Shown one piece after another: positions 34,587 through 44,784 of a DNA stretch of 64,000 nt. The position numbers and the translations under genes are program-made. Source of the stretch: Bdellovibrionales bacterium (GTDB taxonomy: Bacteria; Bdellovibrionota; Bdellovibrionia; Bdellovibrionales; Bdellovibrionaceae); the NCBI GenBank assembly GCA_031370005.1, contig JANMPT010000003.1:16229-80228 (forward strand), written 5' to 3'. The notes beneath the pieces are model-generated. The model worked only from the letters and a program-made list of their open reading frames with translations. It had not been told where the DNA came from and made no database searches. Position 1 is the first letter of the stretch. The number at the start of each line of letters is the position of its first letter.

Positions 34587-35029
34587 ACGTTTTATCTTTG
34601 GCCAGTGCTTTCAACCCCGGTTCTGATCTCTGGATTGTTCCTGATTCAAACAACTGCCGCTGGACGCATAAACTCGATTGGTATTTAAATTTTCAAATAA
34701 TAAAAAACCAAAGGCATCTCAGCCCTGAAACTCGCAACTTTACAAAGCTTATTCAAAAAGATACTGGACTTGAAGTGTATGAGCACACTATACCCAAAAA
34801 TACTCCTTTAATGATAACATCTGAACCCTTCTTTCCTAATAAATGGGTGGTCGTAGTGCCTATGGCTGCAAGTTTTTCGACTTGGGTGCACGAAGCATCA
34901 AATATCTGGGAGAATCTGAAACACCCTTCTTTAAGAGTTTTTCTTCCAACTGGACAAAATGCTGGGTCCTTCAACAAAGAGTGGCAGAATCACCATAGCT
35001 TCGAAGATTTCACACTCGTGCTTGATTAA
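34583..35029 (+). CDS. hypothetical protein
   Basis: 148-aa ORF whose start overlaps the nusB stop (ATGA). No family recognised. Confidence 0.45.
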   Translation: MNVLSLASAFNPGSDLWIVPDSNNCRWTHKLDWYLNFQIIKNQRHLSPETRNFTKLIQKDTGLEVYEHTIPKNTPLMITSEPFFPNKWVVVVPMAASFSTWVHEASNIWENLKHPSLRVFLPTGQNAGSFNKEWQNHHSFEDFTLVLD

Positions 35030-35056
35030 TCTCCTCAAACTTGAGGAAATAATTAA

Positions 35057-35593
35057 ATGAACATCATTACACACCTCCAAAAGCGCATTGAGTCCATCCT
35101 TGATCACGACCCTGACGTACCCCGTGACGAAGTTCTTCTTGCAATGAAAAGCTTTGAAGCTCTCACTGACCCCCACTTACTTCGTGGACTTTCGGAAGGT
35201 CTACCACAAAACAGCACTGACAAAGCCGTCATTCTTTTTTCGCGTTTGGCTCTTTTTTTCGATGCCGGCGTCTTTCTTGAATCTGATAAAAATCTTTGGG
35301 AGCCTCAGGCTCACTTTCATCGCGGACACATATACATCCCTAAAAGCTCGCAAAAAAAGTCAATCTCACTTCCAAATATAGATTTGATGACTGTTCTTCG
35401 TACTGACGCCAAACCTATTTTTCAGAAATTGAACTTACAACACTTTGATACAGAAACCGGAACGGCTTGTTTATTCTTAAGGCCTGGGACGGATTTTTCT
35501 TTTTTACTTTTCTCTTCCTTGCCTGATCTTTGGTTAAAAGAACATATCCGCCTTGTGACTGAGACGATTCGCCGCGGAATTAACAACGAATGA
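35057..35593 (+). CDS. hypothetical protein
   Basis: 178-aa ORF whose stop overlaps the next ORF's start. No family recognised. Confidence 0.45.
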   Translation: MNIITHLQKRIESILDHDPDVPRDEVLLAMKSFEALTDPHLLRGLSEGLPQNSTDKAVILFSRLALFFDAGVFLESDKNLWEPQAHFHRGHIYIPKSSQKKSISLPNIDLMTVLRTDAKPIFQKLNLQHFDTETGTACLFLRPGTDFSFLLFSSLPDLWLKEHIRLVTETIRRGINNE

Positions 35594-36423
35594 CAACATG
35601 GACAATTTATATTCTTTCTGACGGAACTGGCGAAACAGCCGCAACCATGATTCGCGCTGCTCTGGTTCAATATACCAATAAAGATATCAATATCATCCGC
35701 TGCAAAAATGTTCGTAGCGATGCTCAAGTCGAAGCCATTATTGAAGAATGCTTCGAACTCCGTGGTTTTATTGTCTATACAGTCGCGGGCCCAAGCATGC
35801 GTAAGAAAATTCATGAGCTTTCCAGCGCTAAGGGCCTTCCCTCTTTTGATCTACTTGGACCCTTGCTAAATACTCTTGATAATTTCTTTGGTGACGCAAA
35901 CACCAGCACCGTAAATGTTCTTCGCACCGTTGATGAAACTTATTTCAAACGCATTGAAGCCATCGAGTATACTGTAAAACATGATGATGGCAAAACCTTG
36001 AGTCATCTTGACAAAGCGGACATCGTATTGGTGGGCATTAGCCGCACAAGTAAAACACCGCTTTCAATTTTTCTCAGTCACAAGGGTTGGAAAGTCGCCA
36101 ATGTCCCAATGGTATTAAATACCCCTCTCCCAGAAGAACTTTTCAAAATCGATCAGCGACGCGTTGTAGGATTAATTATCGACATCGAAAGCCTTCATCG
36201 AATTCGTAAAAACAGACTTGAAAAATTCGGTCAGGATCCCGGCGGTGAATACGCCTCGATCTCTCACATCATGAAAGAGATCGAATATGCGCACGAAATT
36301 TTTAAGCAAAACAAGCGCTGGCCCGTTTTTAATGTCACAGAACGTGCTCTTGAGGAAACCGCCGGCGAGATTGTCAGAATTATTTCGGCACGTTTAGGGC
36401 TTCCGGACTCAGTGCTGTTTTAG
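35590..36423 (+). CDS. bifunctional kinase/pyrophosphorylase (DUF299; PEP synthase / PPDK regulatory protein family)
   Basis: 277-aa ORF. IYILSDGTGETA and the P-loop-like VLVGISRTSKTPLS are hallmarks of PpsR/PDRP proteins. Confidence 0.85.
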   Translation: MTTWTIYILSDGTGETAATMIRAALVQYTNKDINIIRCKNVRSDAQVEAIIEECFELRGFIVYTVAGPSMRKKIHELSSAKGLPSFDLLGPLLNTLDNFFGDANTSTVNVLRTVDETYFKRIEAIEYTVKHDDGKTLSHLDKADIVLVGISRTSKTPLSIFLSHKGWKVANVPMVLNTPLPEELFKIDQRRVVGLIIDIESLHRIRKNRLEKFGQDPGGEYASISHIMKEIEYAHEIFKQNKRWPVFNVTERALEETAGEIVRIISARLGLPDSVLF

Positions 36424-36877
36424 AAAAACAAATTTGAGCTACGCTATATGCATCACTAAAAACTTCTGGATGGACAAAGCTGGTGCGCATGGGCCAGAAA
36501 ATCTGAAGCTTATCCTTGGCGCTGAGATCACAAAACCCTGTGGAAACATAGCAGTCAACATGACTGCTAAATGATTTTTTTTTGATTTCACCGCAGGTCC
36601 TTGCAGCAGTGTCATTGATTGCCTCAAGCTTCTTCATCAAGCAAACTCGAACTTTGCGAAGCCATGCGTGAGCTTCTGGTGAATAACTCTGCTCAGTATT
36701 TAGATAAACTTGACAGAATTTAAAACCAAAACCCAATGGATACCCCTTAGGTCCGCACCGATAATTCTTCTCTTCGCAAAGATAGTAGCCGCAGGACTCA
36801 ACTTGTGGAGTGCATCTCTCAGCAAATGAAAGTATTGGAGCAAAAATAAATAAGATAAAATAAATAAAAAAATTCAC
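36380..36877 (-). CDS. hypothetical exported Cys-rich protein
   Basis: 165-aa ORF with a signal peptide (FIYFILFIFAPILSFA) and more than 10 Cys. Its 3' end overlaps the convergent 35590-36423 ORF by 44 nt. Confidence 0.45.
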   Translation of the reverse strand: MNFFIYFILFIFAPILSFAERCTPQVESCGYYLCEEKNYRCGPKGYPLGFGFKFCQVYLNTEQSYSPEAHAWLRKVRVCLMKKLEAINDTAARTCGEIKKKSFSSHVDCYVSTGFCDLSAKDKLQIFWPMRTSFVHPEVFSDAYSVAQICFSKTALSPEALNVPK

Positions 36878-36935
36878 AGCGTCTTTTTAATCAACTTTGC
36901 TTGCGCTGTCGAGAGGATATTCGGGCCTTAAGGAC

Positions 36936-37841
36936 CTAAGCCTTCTCCTGTGTCGCAATAGTTTGATAGAGGATCTCTGCCAACTGACGAGCCTCAGAAG
37001 TCTTACGAAAGTAGTAAGTCATATCGATTTCATAGTGAAATTCTTTCACATGGACGTGATGTAAGCGCCCCGAACGCACTTGTTTGCGGATAGAGTGGGC
37101 CGGTAAAAATCCCCAGCCAAGGCCCGACTCGATGACGCGTTTAAGTGTACCAACATTTGAGGATTCAAAAATCAACTTTGGACTAACTCCTGAATTGCTC
37201 AATAATTTTTGTAATTTTGCATTAAAGCCAGGAAACTCATCAACAAAATTTACTAGTGGAAAGCGGCTAAGTTCTTTTGCTGCAATTTGTGATGGCACAT
37301 CCGTTTCTTTGCCGGAGACCACTAACCACATCTCTTCTTTTAAAAGAAACTTTTCTTCAATATTATCAAGCTCAATCCCAAACTCTTCTTGCAGCTGAGG
37401 CAAAATTAGAACATCGAAATTACCTTTTTTAAAGCTCTTCACTAAGTCTTCACCCGGCTTGTAGTCAACTTTGATTTGTAAATCAGGATTATGACGCATT
37501 AAACGTCCCATTATCGGACTCATGATATGAAGACCTATAGAGTTCAGGGTTCCAATACGAATTTGACCCTTAAGCTCTGCGCCAATAGATTTAATTGCAA
37601 TCTCGGTCTGCTGAGCAAGCTGAAGAATTTTACGTGCCTGTTCATACAGGACCTCGCCTTGAGGACTGGCTTTAATTTGTCTGACTCCGCGAACTAAGAG
37701 TTCGACTCCTAGATCTTCCTCCAGATTTCGAATCTGCTGACTTACGGCTGGTTGAGTCAGGTAAAGCTTATCTGCTGCGGCAGTCATGCTGCCTTCGCTA
37801 ATAACAGTTACGAAAGTCGTCAGCTGATAAAGGTTCATCAT
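36936..37841 (-). CDS. LysR-family transcriptional regulator
   Basis: 301-aa ORF with an N-terminal HTH (LTTFVTVISEGSMTAAADKLYLTQPAVSQQIRNLEEDLG) and a substrate-binding domain layout. Confidence 0.9.
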   Translation of the reverse strand: MMNLYQLTTFVTVISEGSMTAAADKLYLTQPAVSQQIRNLEEDLGVELLVRGVRQIKASPQGEVLYEQARKILQLAQQTEIAIKSIGAELKGQIRIGTLNSIGLHIMSPIMGRLMRHNPDLQIKVDYKPGEDLVKSFKKGNFDVLILPQLQEEFGIELDNIEEKFLLKEEMWLVVSGKETDVPSQIAAKELSRFPLVNFVDEFPGFNAKLQKLLSNSGVSPKLIFESSNVGTLKRVIESGLGWGFLPAHSIRKQVRSGRLHHVHVKEFHYEIDMTYYFRKTSEARQLAEILYQTIATQEKA

Positions 37842-37912
37842 GGGTTTTTCTCCTTTGATCAGAAGAAATTAATTAACTATACTATGCTATAACCACAAAT
37901 GAGGTTCCAAAC

Positions 37913-38650
37913 ATGAAATGTCAATTTCTCAAATATCCTCTGATTACTTTGCTATCCATCCTACTCACAAGTTTTGCCAACGCCAAATCTTTTCGTAATG
38001 CTTATATCTCCTTTGAACTTCCTCAATCCTGGAATTGCAACCTCGAACAAACCGAATGGGTCTGTCGTAGCGAAAGCACAAAGGAGTCCAAGGAAGCAAT
38101 TATCATTTTAACTGCTAAGGAAATTGGTCCGACAGATTCTCTACAGTCATATGAATCCCACTTAAATAACCCCATCACTTTGAATTTGAAAACCGGCGGG
38201 ACATCAGAGTCAAAAATAGTATACAAAGCCAAAACAGTTCAAATCAACGACCAGGCTTGGATCGATGGCCTACATATGGGCAGCGAAGTCCCAAACTACT
38301 TCACTCGTTATCTTGCCACTCTCAAAGGTCGCATTGCTGTTCTTGTGACCTTTAGTGCGCACAAACAGTTTTATACAAAATATAGTCAGGATTTCTTTAA
38401 AGCTGTCATGAGCCTACGAGCGATTGAAACTAAAAATCTCATTAATAATCCTGAAATCCGTCCTGGCAATGGCACACTAGGACCTGGCAGCTTTCAGGAC
38501 AAAATGCCCATAGATATGATCAATTCAGATGACCTCCAAGCAAATGGAGGCGGGGGCCGGGGCTCCAGTAAGATGATGCTTTTAGGGATCGCATTAATCT
38601 TGGCCGCAGCCGGTTTATATATCTTCCTCAAGAAGAAACAAAAAAAATAG
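37913..38650 (+). CDS. hypothetical exported protein with C-terminal membrane anchor
   Basis: 245-aa ORF with a signal peptide and a C-terminal GGGGRG linker, followed by a TM helix (MMLLGIALILAAAGLYIF) and a KKKQKK tail. Confidence 0.45.
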   Translation: MKCQFLKYPLITLLSILLTSFANAKSFRNAYISFELPQSWNCNLEQTEWVCRSESTKESKEAIIILTAKEIGPTDSLQSYESHLNNPITLNLKTGGTSESKIVYKAKTVQINDQAWIDGLHMGSEVPNYFTRYLATLKGRIAVLVTFSAHKQFYTKYSQDFFKAVMSLRAIETKNLINNPEIRPGNGTLGPGSFQDKMPIDMINSDDLQANGGGGRGSSKMMLLGIALILAAAGLYIFLKKKQKK

Positions 38651-38667
38651 ACAGAAAAAGGTCCCGT

Positions 38668-40101
38668 TTACTTTAATTTTTCTATGACCAGATTGTATTT
38701 GCTCAACTGATCAGCGACCTTCTTTTCGTCAGCGTAAACTAGCACTCGCAGGTTTTTCGCATCAAGGTGTTTTTGGATCGCTAGATTGACGTCACTTAAT
38801 GATAGGGCTTCAACATTTTTCATGAAATCTTGCAAATAACTAAGCGAAACTCCATAAAAATTCAAAACTAAAATATTGTATGCCAGGAGATCCGCAGTTT
38901 CGATCGCCCGAGGAAATTGGCCCATCATTTGCTCTTTCGAGGCCTTCAATTCTGCTTCTGTTATTCCTTTTTTCACAAAATCAGTGAAGATTTTTAGGCT
39001 CTCATCCACGGTTTTCCCCACAGTATCATTTTTTGTGAAGGTACTGATCACAAAGGGGCCACGATCTATACGGGAATCAAAGTAAGAATATATGGAATAG
39101 GTGAGCCCTAAGTTGTCGCGAATGTGCTGATTCAAACGACTTCCAAACTCCCCACCCAGAGCCACGTTTGCAAGGCGTAGCTTTAAAAAATCTGGATCAA
39201 TGCGGCGAATTCCGTACTCGCCAATACGAATTTGAGCCTGCTGCAAACCTGGCTTACTAACAAGCTTCACCTCTATGCCTTGAATAGGCTTTAGCTCGCG
39301 AACTGCAAATTCTTTAATTGGTTTTTCCGTCCACTTTTTAAAAATATCAGATACTTTCGCTTCAAAATCTTTGTTAAATCGCCCCACAACCGCCAATTCA
39401 GCATTATTTGGGCGGTAATTATTCAAGTAATGACGAATAGCATCTTGTTTCCTGATTTTTTTAATAGAGACAGGGGTTCCCATAATGTCATTTGCATAAG
39501 GATGACCTTTGTAAAGGAACTCATCAAAAGCATCATTGGCAAAGCTTGAAGGATTATCGATTTTCTTTTGCAGCTGTGCGATCACCTGAGATTTCGTACG
39601 GACCACCTCAACGTCCAAAAAGGCTGGATTCATAATGATATCAGAGTATAAATCTAAAAGCTTAACTGCAGAGTTCGACAAAGAATCCATGGAAATAATG
39701 GTAAAATCATTTCCAGGATCAATCCCAATCTCCGTCCCCAAATTGCCCAGTTCATCCGCCAATACTGTTGCACTTTTGGACTGAGTGCCTTCCGCAAGAA
39801 GCCGGGAGGTTAAACCATTAACTCCCTCTTTCCCCTTGGGATCTTGGCGAGCTCCCACCTTCACAAGCATCGTCATGCTCACTCGTGGCAAAGAATTGTC
39901 AGTAATAAAAATAATCTTAAGACCATTTTCTAATTGCACCTCACGCATTGGGCGAAGTTTAAACTGACTTGTCGTCACGACGGGGGCTGCAGAAACTTTA
40001 TCTGCTTTCACGATTTCTGTTTTCTTTCCTGGGGCGATACAACCCGCTAAAAAAACACCAACAAGTAAACTCAATATGATTCTCATTTGAAACTTTCCCA
40101 T
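38668..40101 (-). CDS. M16-family peptidase-like lipoprotein (non-catalytic subunit type)
   Basis: 477-aa ORF with a lipobox-like LAGC and the insulinase fold pattern. It has no HxxEH motif and is paired with the adjacent active-type M16 ORF. Confidence 0.75.
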   Translation of the reverse strand: MGKFQMRIILSLLVGVFLAGCIAPGKKTEIVKADKVSAAPVVTTSQFKLRPMREVQLENGLKIIFITDNSLPRVSMTMLVKVGARQDPKGKEGVNGLTSRLLAEGTQSKSATVLADELGNLGTEIGIDPGNDFTIISMDSLSNSAVKLLDLYSDIIMNPAFLDVEVVRTKSQVIAQLQKKIDNPSSFANDAFDEFLYKGHPYANDIMGTPVSIKKIRKQDAIRHYLNNYRPNNAELAVVGRFNKDFEAKVSDIFKKWTEKPIKEFAVRELKPIQGIEVKLVSKPGLQQAQIRIGEYGIRRIDPDFLKLRLANVALGGEFGSRLNQHIRDNLGLTYSIYSYFDSRIDRGPFVISTFTKNDTVGKTVDESLKIFTDFVKKGITEAELKASKEQMMGQFPRAIETADLLAYNILVLNFYGVSLSYLQDFMKNVEALSLSDVNLAIQKHLDAKNLRVLVYADEKKVADQLSKYNLVIEKLK

Positions 40102-40103
40102 GG

Positions 40104-41438
40104 TTATTCCTTTTTCCCTTTGGGCTCTAAAACAACAATCGATCTTTGATTTTGATTCAGATATTTATTCGAGACGTCTTTAATCTGCTCCGCCGTCACC
40201 GCATTGTATTTATCAAGATCTTTAAAGAGGTTCTCATAGGAACCCGTCATTATCTCATTTACGGCCAAGGCACGAGCCTTCCCATCAATAGTGGCTAAAC
40301 CATCAACCAACTCTTTCATCACTTGAGTCTTTGCTTTCATAAGCTCTTCACTTGTCACAAGCTTGTTACGCATCTTCCAGATTTCTTGATAAACCAAATC
40401 CAGACTTTCCTGCATTGGCATATGGGGCTTCAAATTCACACCTACAGCAAAAACACCTTGATCTTGCATTGTTGTATCATAGGCATAGGCCGAAGTTGCA
40501 GATTGCTTGGTATAGACCAAATGTTTGTAAAGGCGGCTTGATGAACCATTGCCAAGAATATTTGCTGCAAGATCCAAAGCATACATATCAGGATGAGCGT
40601 TTGGCACCCCGTCATAAGCTACCGTAAAAGAAATCCCCTGAACGTCCTTTCTAACTGTGGCATTCCGTTGAACGTCCTGAGTCGCTTCACGGGGATATTC
40701 GCGGCGAGGCAAGGGTCTGGAGGCAATCGGGCCATAATACTTTTCAATCAATCGCTTAGCCTCAGGTATTTTAAAATCACCTACCAAAACGAGGACCGCA
40801 TTGTTCGGCACATAATAAATACTATGAAAATTCCTAAGTGTTTCTATCTTGTAATCAGAAATGTCCTTCATTGTACCAATAACAGGCCAGCGGTAATTCG
40901 AGGTCTTAAAAACCGTCCCCATCACTGTTTCCATTAAAAGTCCCATTGGATTGTTATCAACCCGCCATCTGCGCTCTTCCTTCACCACTTCTCGCTCACT
41001 CTGAAGATCCCCAGGGTTTAGATTGAGGTTGCTCATTCGATCAACCTCAATCTCCATCATCATCTCGAGCTTTGAACTTGGTAAACTTTCATAGAAACCC
41101 GTATAGTCATAGGTGGTAAAGGCATTATTAACAATTCCATTTTCATGAAGAATACGATCAAACAATTTACCTGGATATTTCTTTGATCCCTTAAACATCA
41201 TATGCTCTAGCATATGGGCCGAACCAGTGATCCCAGGTGACTCATCGCGAGAGCCGACTTTATACCAGGTATGGTAGGAAATCAGAGGAACTGAGTGATC
41301 TTCATATAGCAAAACAGTCAGGCCATTTTGCAACTTATACTTGGTCACGGGAAAATTGATTTTTAGACTGTCCCTCTCTTGGCCGTGAGCTAGAGATGTT
41401 ATAAACAGAAACAAAACGGAAAAAATAAGTTGTTTCAT
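40104..41438 (-). CDS. M16-family zinc peptidase (insulinase/pitrilysin type)
   Basis: 444-aa ORF with a signal peptide and the inverted zinc motif HMLEH followed by MFKGS. Confidence 0.85.
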   Translation of the reverse strand: MKQLIFSVLFLFITSLAHGQERDSLKINFPVTKYKLQNGLTVLLYEDHSVPLISYHTWYKVGSRDESPGITGSAHMLEHMMFKGSKKYPGKLFDRILHENGIVNNAFTTYDYTGFYESLPSSKLEMMMEIEVDRMSNLNLNPGDLQSEREVVKEERRWRVDNNPMGLLMETVMGTVFKTSNYRWPVIGTMKDISDYKIETLRNFHSIYYVPNNAVLVLVGDFKIPEAKRLIEKYYGPIASRPLPRREYPREATQDVQRNATVRKDVQGISFTVAYDGVPNAHPDMYALDLAANILGNGSSSRLYKHLVYTKQSATSAYAYDTTMQDQGVFAVGVNLKPHMPMQESLDLVYQEIWKMRNKLVTSEELMKAKTQVMKELVDGLATIDGKARALAVNEIMTGSYENLFKDLDKYNAVTAEQIKDVSNKYLNQNQRSIVVLEPKGKKE

Positions 41439-41504
41439 AGATGAACTCCCAATAATCCACTTATTGTAGGAGGTCCCCTATTAAAGGCAATATATTTAGT
41501 CAGT

Positions 41505-42017
41505 CTATTGAACAATAAAATCCGAAAAGAAAACGTCTTTCACAATACCATCACTGAGCACACTGTTCACTTCCATTGCGATTGTATCCTTCAAAAAAAG
41601 CTTCCCCTGGATGCTCTCAAGCTCCGAAAAAGTTTTATCATTTAATACGCGCACAATCTTATCACGAGCTTTGGCTCGGCTATCTGGACTCATAATCTCT
41701 TCATAGCCCTCTTTGCCGAGCATTTGTAAACTAACCTCAAGGCGGATGGTTCTCTTAGGCTCTCCCCCTAAGTTCACGGTAAATTTGTCCATTGTGAAAA
41801 TATATGGAGCATAGCGCTCATCCTCGGACTTTGACGCCATATCGGACTGCAACATATCTTCGGTAATCTTTGGACTCTGCCAAGCTATAGTTGAAGCATA
41901 GACTAAATAGGCACCCCCGCCAATGACCCCTAGGTTCAGAAGGGCAAAGACCGCAGTTAAAATTAGGCCTAGGTTTTTTGGCTTTGCTGGAGGCTGTTCT
42001 TGTTTATCACTTGCCAT
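41505..42017 (-). CDS. fliL: flagellar basal-body-associated protein FliL
   Basis: 170-aa ORF with a single N-terminal TM helix. FTVNLGGEPKRTIRLEVSLQM...KIVRVLNDKTFSEL...LKDTIAMEVN matches the FliL pattern. Confidence 0.8.
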   Translation of the reverse strand: MASDKQEQPPAKPKNLGLILTAVFALLNLGVIGGGAYLVYASTIAWQSPKITEDMLQSDMASKSEDERYAPYIFTMDKFTVNLGGEPKRTIRLEVSLQMLGKEGYEEIMSPDSRAKARDKIVRVLNDKTFSELESIQGKLFLKDTIAMEVNSVLSDGIVKDVFFSDFIVQ

Positions 42018-42186
42018 AAAATCCTCGTTTCATATGACTCTATCGGCTTTCGTGACCTTGGTCTTAAGAACCTTAGGCCTGTTTTATTAAAAAAATTTGA
42101 TATATTTTGTCGAAGCCTTAAACAGTCCTGGTTCTTTACTGCTGAGTATTGACAAGATGGAGCAGAATTCTTTCTAATAGAGATAT

Positions 42187-43212
42187 ATGATCAGAAAACT
42201 CTACGCCGGGATTATCTCCCGCATTGCTGTCAGTGCTTTTTTGGGACTCACCACTTCATTGGCTTTTGCTATTGATGAGCAACCCGCATCTCAAAATACA
42301 TCTCAAAATAAGACAGGAACCGAGCTCCTCCCCTCTGATCTTTTGCAAATTTCTAATACGGACGCTTTTAGTAAATACGTTTTTTTGGTCGACAAAACAG
42401 AACGCCATCTCCAAGTTTTTGAGCGCAAAGGCGAGACCATTGAAAAAATCCTCGACGTGCCGTCCGATATGGGAAAAAATGTCGGCAACAAAATCAAACG
42501 TGACGACGCCCGCACCCCTGAGGGAATTTACTTTTTTGAGAAAAAATTAAATCAGCCAGAAATTCCATTCCGCTTATATGGTGAATTGGCCTTCACCACA
42601 GATTACCCAAATATCTTTGATCGCCGTGAAAGCAAAACAGGATCTGGGATCTGGCTTCATGCCGTTCCAGATACTGTGCCATTAACTCGAGGCTCACGTG
42701 GTTGCGTTGTGGTTCGCAACAACGTCATTAAAAAACTCAAAGAGTACATTAAGCTCAAAGAAACACCGATTTTGATTTTTGATAAGGTCAGCTATGTCCC
42801 TAAGGAGGAGCACGACAAGCGACGCATTGCTCTAAATACTTTTATCGAGGGCTGGAGAAACGCATGGCAGTCACAAAATATCGATGAGTACATGGCTTAT
42901 TATGATCAAAATTTTAAAGCTCCTGGATATAATTACTCAAGCTGGCGGGAGCACAAAAACAAGCTCAAAGATCAATATGAGTTTATCAAAGTTCAGCTTT
43001 CACAGCCTTTTTTACTTCTACATAAGGATCAATTGATCGTAAAAACTTTCCAAAAATACCAATCAAACAACCATACGGACTTTGGAATAAAAACGCTATA
43101 TGCGGTAAAGTCCGATTCAGGTTATAAAATTATTCGTGAGGAGTGGGTGCCGGTCCATGAAAACCTAAGCTCTACCTCTACTACTGCCTCTGCCACCCCT
43201 AATGCTGACTAG
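42187..43212 (+). CDS. L,D-transpeptidase (YkuD) family protein with C-terminal SnoaL/NTF2-like region
   Basis: 341-aa exported ORF. GIWLHAVPDTVPLTRGSRGCVVV contains the catalytic His...Gly-Cys motif. Confidence 0.8.
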   Translation: MIRKLYAGIISRIAVSAFLGLTTSLAFAIDEQPASQNTSQNKTGTELLPSDLLQISNTDAFSKYVFLVDKTERHLQVFERKGETIEKILDVPSDMGKNVGNKIKRDDARTPEGIYFFEKKLNQPEIPFRLYGELAFTTDYPNIFDRRESKTGSGIWLHAVPDTVPLTRGSRGCVVVRNNVIKKLKEYIKLKETPILIFDKVSYVPKEEHDKRRIALNTFIEGWRNAWQSQNIDEYMAYYDQNFKAPGYNYSSWREHKNKLKDQYEFIKVQLSQPFLLLHKDQLIVKTFQKYQSNNHTDFGIKTLYAVKSDSGYKIIREEWVPVHENLSSTSTTASATPNAD

Positions 43213-43384
43213 GCTCTTTATCAGAATCATCTTCAGAACCGGCAAGGTCAATATTGTGGCCCATGTCGGGAAGAGTTTTAAGGTGAGCCTCAAGCTCTTC
43301 TTTAGTGAGCTGTCCGTTGTCGATGTACCATTCGGTCAATCGCTTATCGAACTTCAGGTTTTTCATTGCTTTGTCTAAAGACAT
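43199..43384 (-). CDS. small hypothetical acidic protein
   Basis: 61-aa ORF behind a GGAG-type RBS. No family recognised. Confidence 0.35.
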   Translation of the reverse strand: MSLDKAMKNLKFDKRLTEWYIDNGQLTKEELEAHLKTLPDMGHNIDLAGSEDDSDKEPSQH

Positions 43385-43423
43385 GAGAAGACTCCTTTTG
43401 AAGAATCACTTATATATAAGAAA

Positions 43424-44182
43424 TTAGTTCCAATATCTAGGACCATTATCTGATTTTTTCGAATTTTCATTATCCACTACTAGACGCAAATTGCGTCCCT
43501 TCTTCTTGCTCTTTTTAAGATTCTCATAGTTTTTCCAACGACTCATTAGTAATAGTGCCACATAACCTGATGCTAAGCCTCCAATATGAGCCAAGTAAGC
43601 GACCTCGCCACCGCTAATACCCGAGGTCAGCATCGAAGCGATCTGAATGCCCCCCATGATCATAACGAAGTAGCGGGTTTTCATCGGAAAAAGCATGAAG
43701 AAGTAAATAATACGGTCTCCGAAAAGAATCCCCTGCGCCAGCATCAGGCCAAAAATAGCTCCCGAGGCACCAATTACTGGAATAATCAGACCTGTCTGCG
43801 ATCCCGTGGCCACCGCATACCCGGCCATACCTAGGCAATAAAGCACAGCAGCACCCACTCCGGTAAAGAGGTAGTAAAATAAAAAATATTTCCCACCCCA
43901 GCGCTGCTCGAGCTCAGCTCCAAAGAACCAAAGCATCAACATATTAAACAAAATATGCGTGATCTGCATGGAGTGCAGAAACATGTAGGTGAAGAGCTCC
44001 CAAATCTGAAACTGAAAAATCACTCGTGAGGGCACAAGGCTTAGAAAATTTGTGAACGGGACTTTAAAAAAGCCTTCCAATAAAACCTGGAAAGCAAACC
44101 AAATTGCAACATTGACTATAATTAACCATTTTACCACAGGAGTAAATGGAACTGCCATGCTCATTTGTGATCCACGATTCAC
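43424..44182 (-). CDS. rhomboid-family intramembrane serine protease
   Basis: 252-aa polytopic ORF with the catalytic GASGAIFG motif and AHIGGLASG. Confidence 0.85.
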   Translation of the reverse strand: MNRGSQMSMAVPFTPVVKWLIIVNVAIWFAFQVLLEGFFKVPFTNFLSLVPSRVIFQFQIWELFTYMFLHSMQITHILFNMLMLWFFGAELEQRWGGKYFLFYYLFTGVGAAVLYCLGMAGYAVATGSQTGLIIPVIGASGAIFGLMLAQGILFGDRIIYFFMLFPMKTRYFVMIMGGIQIASMLTSGISGGEVAYLAHIGGLASGYVALLLMSRWKNYENLKKSKKKGRNLRLVVDNENSKKSDNGPRYWN

Positions 44183-44194
44183 AGTGATTCTCCT

Positions 44195-44710
44195 CTAAAA
44201 CTTCCTACTAAAATACCCCAAAAAGCGATCGTACGTCTGCTCTAGACTTTCAACAACGACTTTGGTCTCGGCGATAAGCGGAAAAAAGTTCAAGTCACCG
44301 GACCAACGGGGAATCACGTGATAGTGAAGGTGATTGGGAATCCCAGCTCCCGCCACTGCCCCGTGATTCAGCCCCACGTTCACCCCACCGGGCTGATAAA
44401 TGTCCTGCAGGGCTTTCATTGCCAAACGCAAAGTATCGTGCAAGTCATAATGCGCCTCTTTACTAAGTGCCAAGAGATCCCCCTGATGCTTAAGTGGAAT
44501 CACCAATAAGTGACCGCTATTATATGGGTATTTATTTAAAACAATCATACAGTGCTTTGTTTTATAAACACAAAGGGTGTCAAATGAAGTCTCGTTTTTA
44601 GCCGCTTTACAAAAGACACATGCTTCGGGCTTAATCAGCTTGCGAACATACTTGAAGCGATCCGGGCGAAATAAAACATCTCTTTCGAGGGGCCAAAGAT
44701 CCTTCGACAT
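44195..44710 (-). CDS. HIT-family nucleotide hydrolase/transferase
   Basis: Histidine triad HLHYHVIPRW and NKYPYNSGHLLV. Start placed at Met29 (MSKDLWPLERD) because the longer ORF would overlap sppA. Start is uncertain. Confidence 0.75.
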   Translation of the reverse strand: MSKDLWPLERDVLFRPDRFKYVRKLIKPEACVFCKAAKNETSFDTLCVYKTKHCMIVLNKYPYNSGHLLVIPLKHQGDLLALSKEAHYDLHDTLRLAMKALQDIYQPGGVNVGLNHGAVAGAGIPNHLHYHVIPRWSGDLNFFPLIAETKVVVESLEQTYDRFLGYFSRKF

Positions 44711-44784
44711 CTTCAAAAACAACTCCGGCTCTTTGGCTTTCTTTTTCTTTTTTTGAGGGAGCTTCTTCTCTGCCAAAAAAACCC

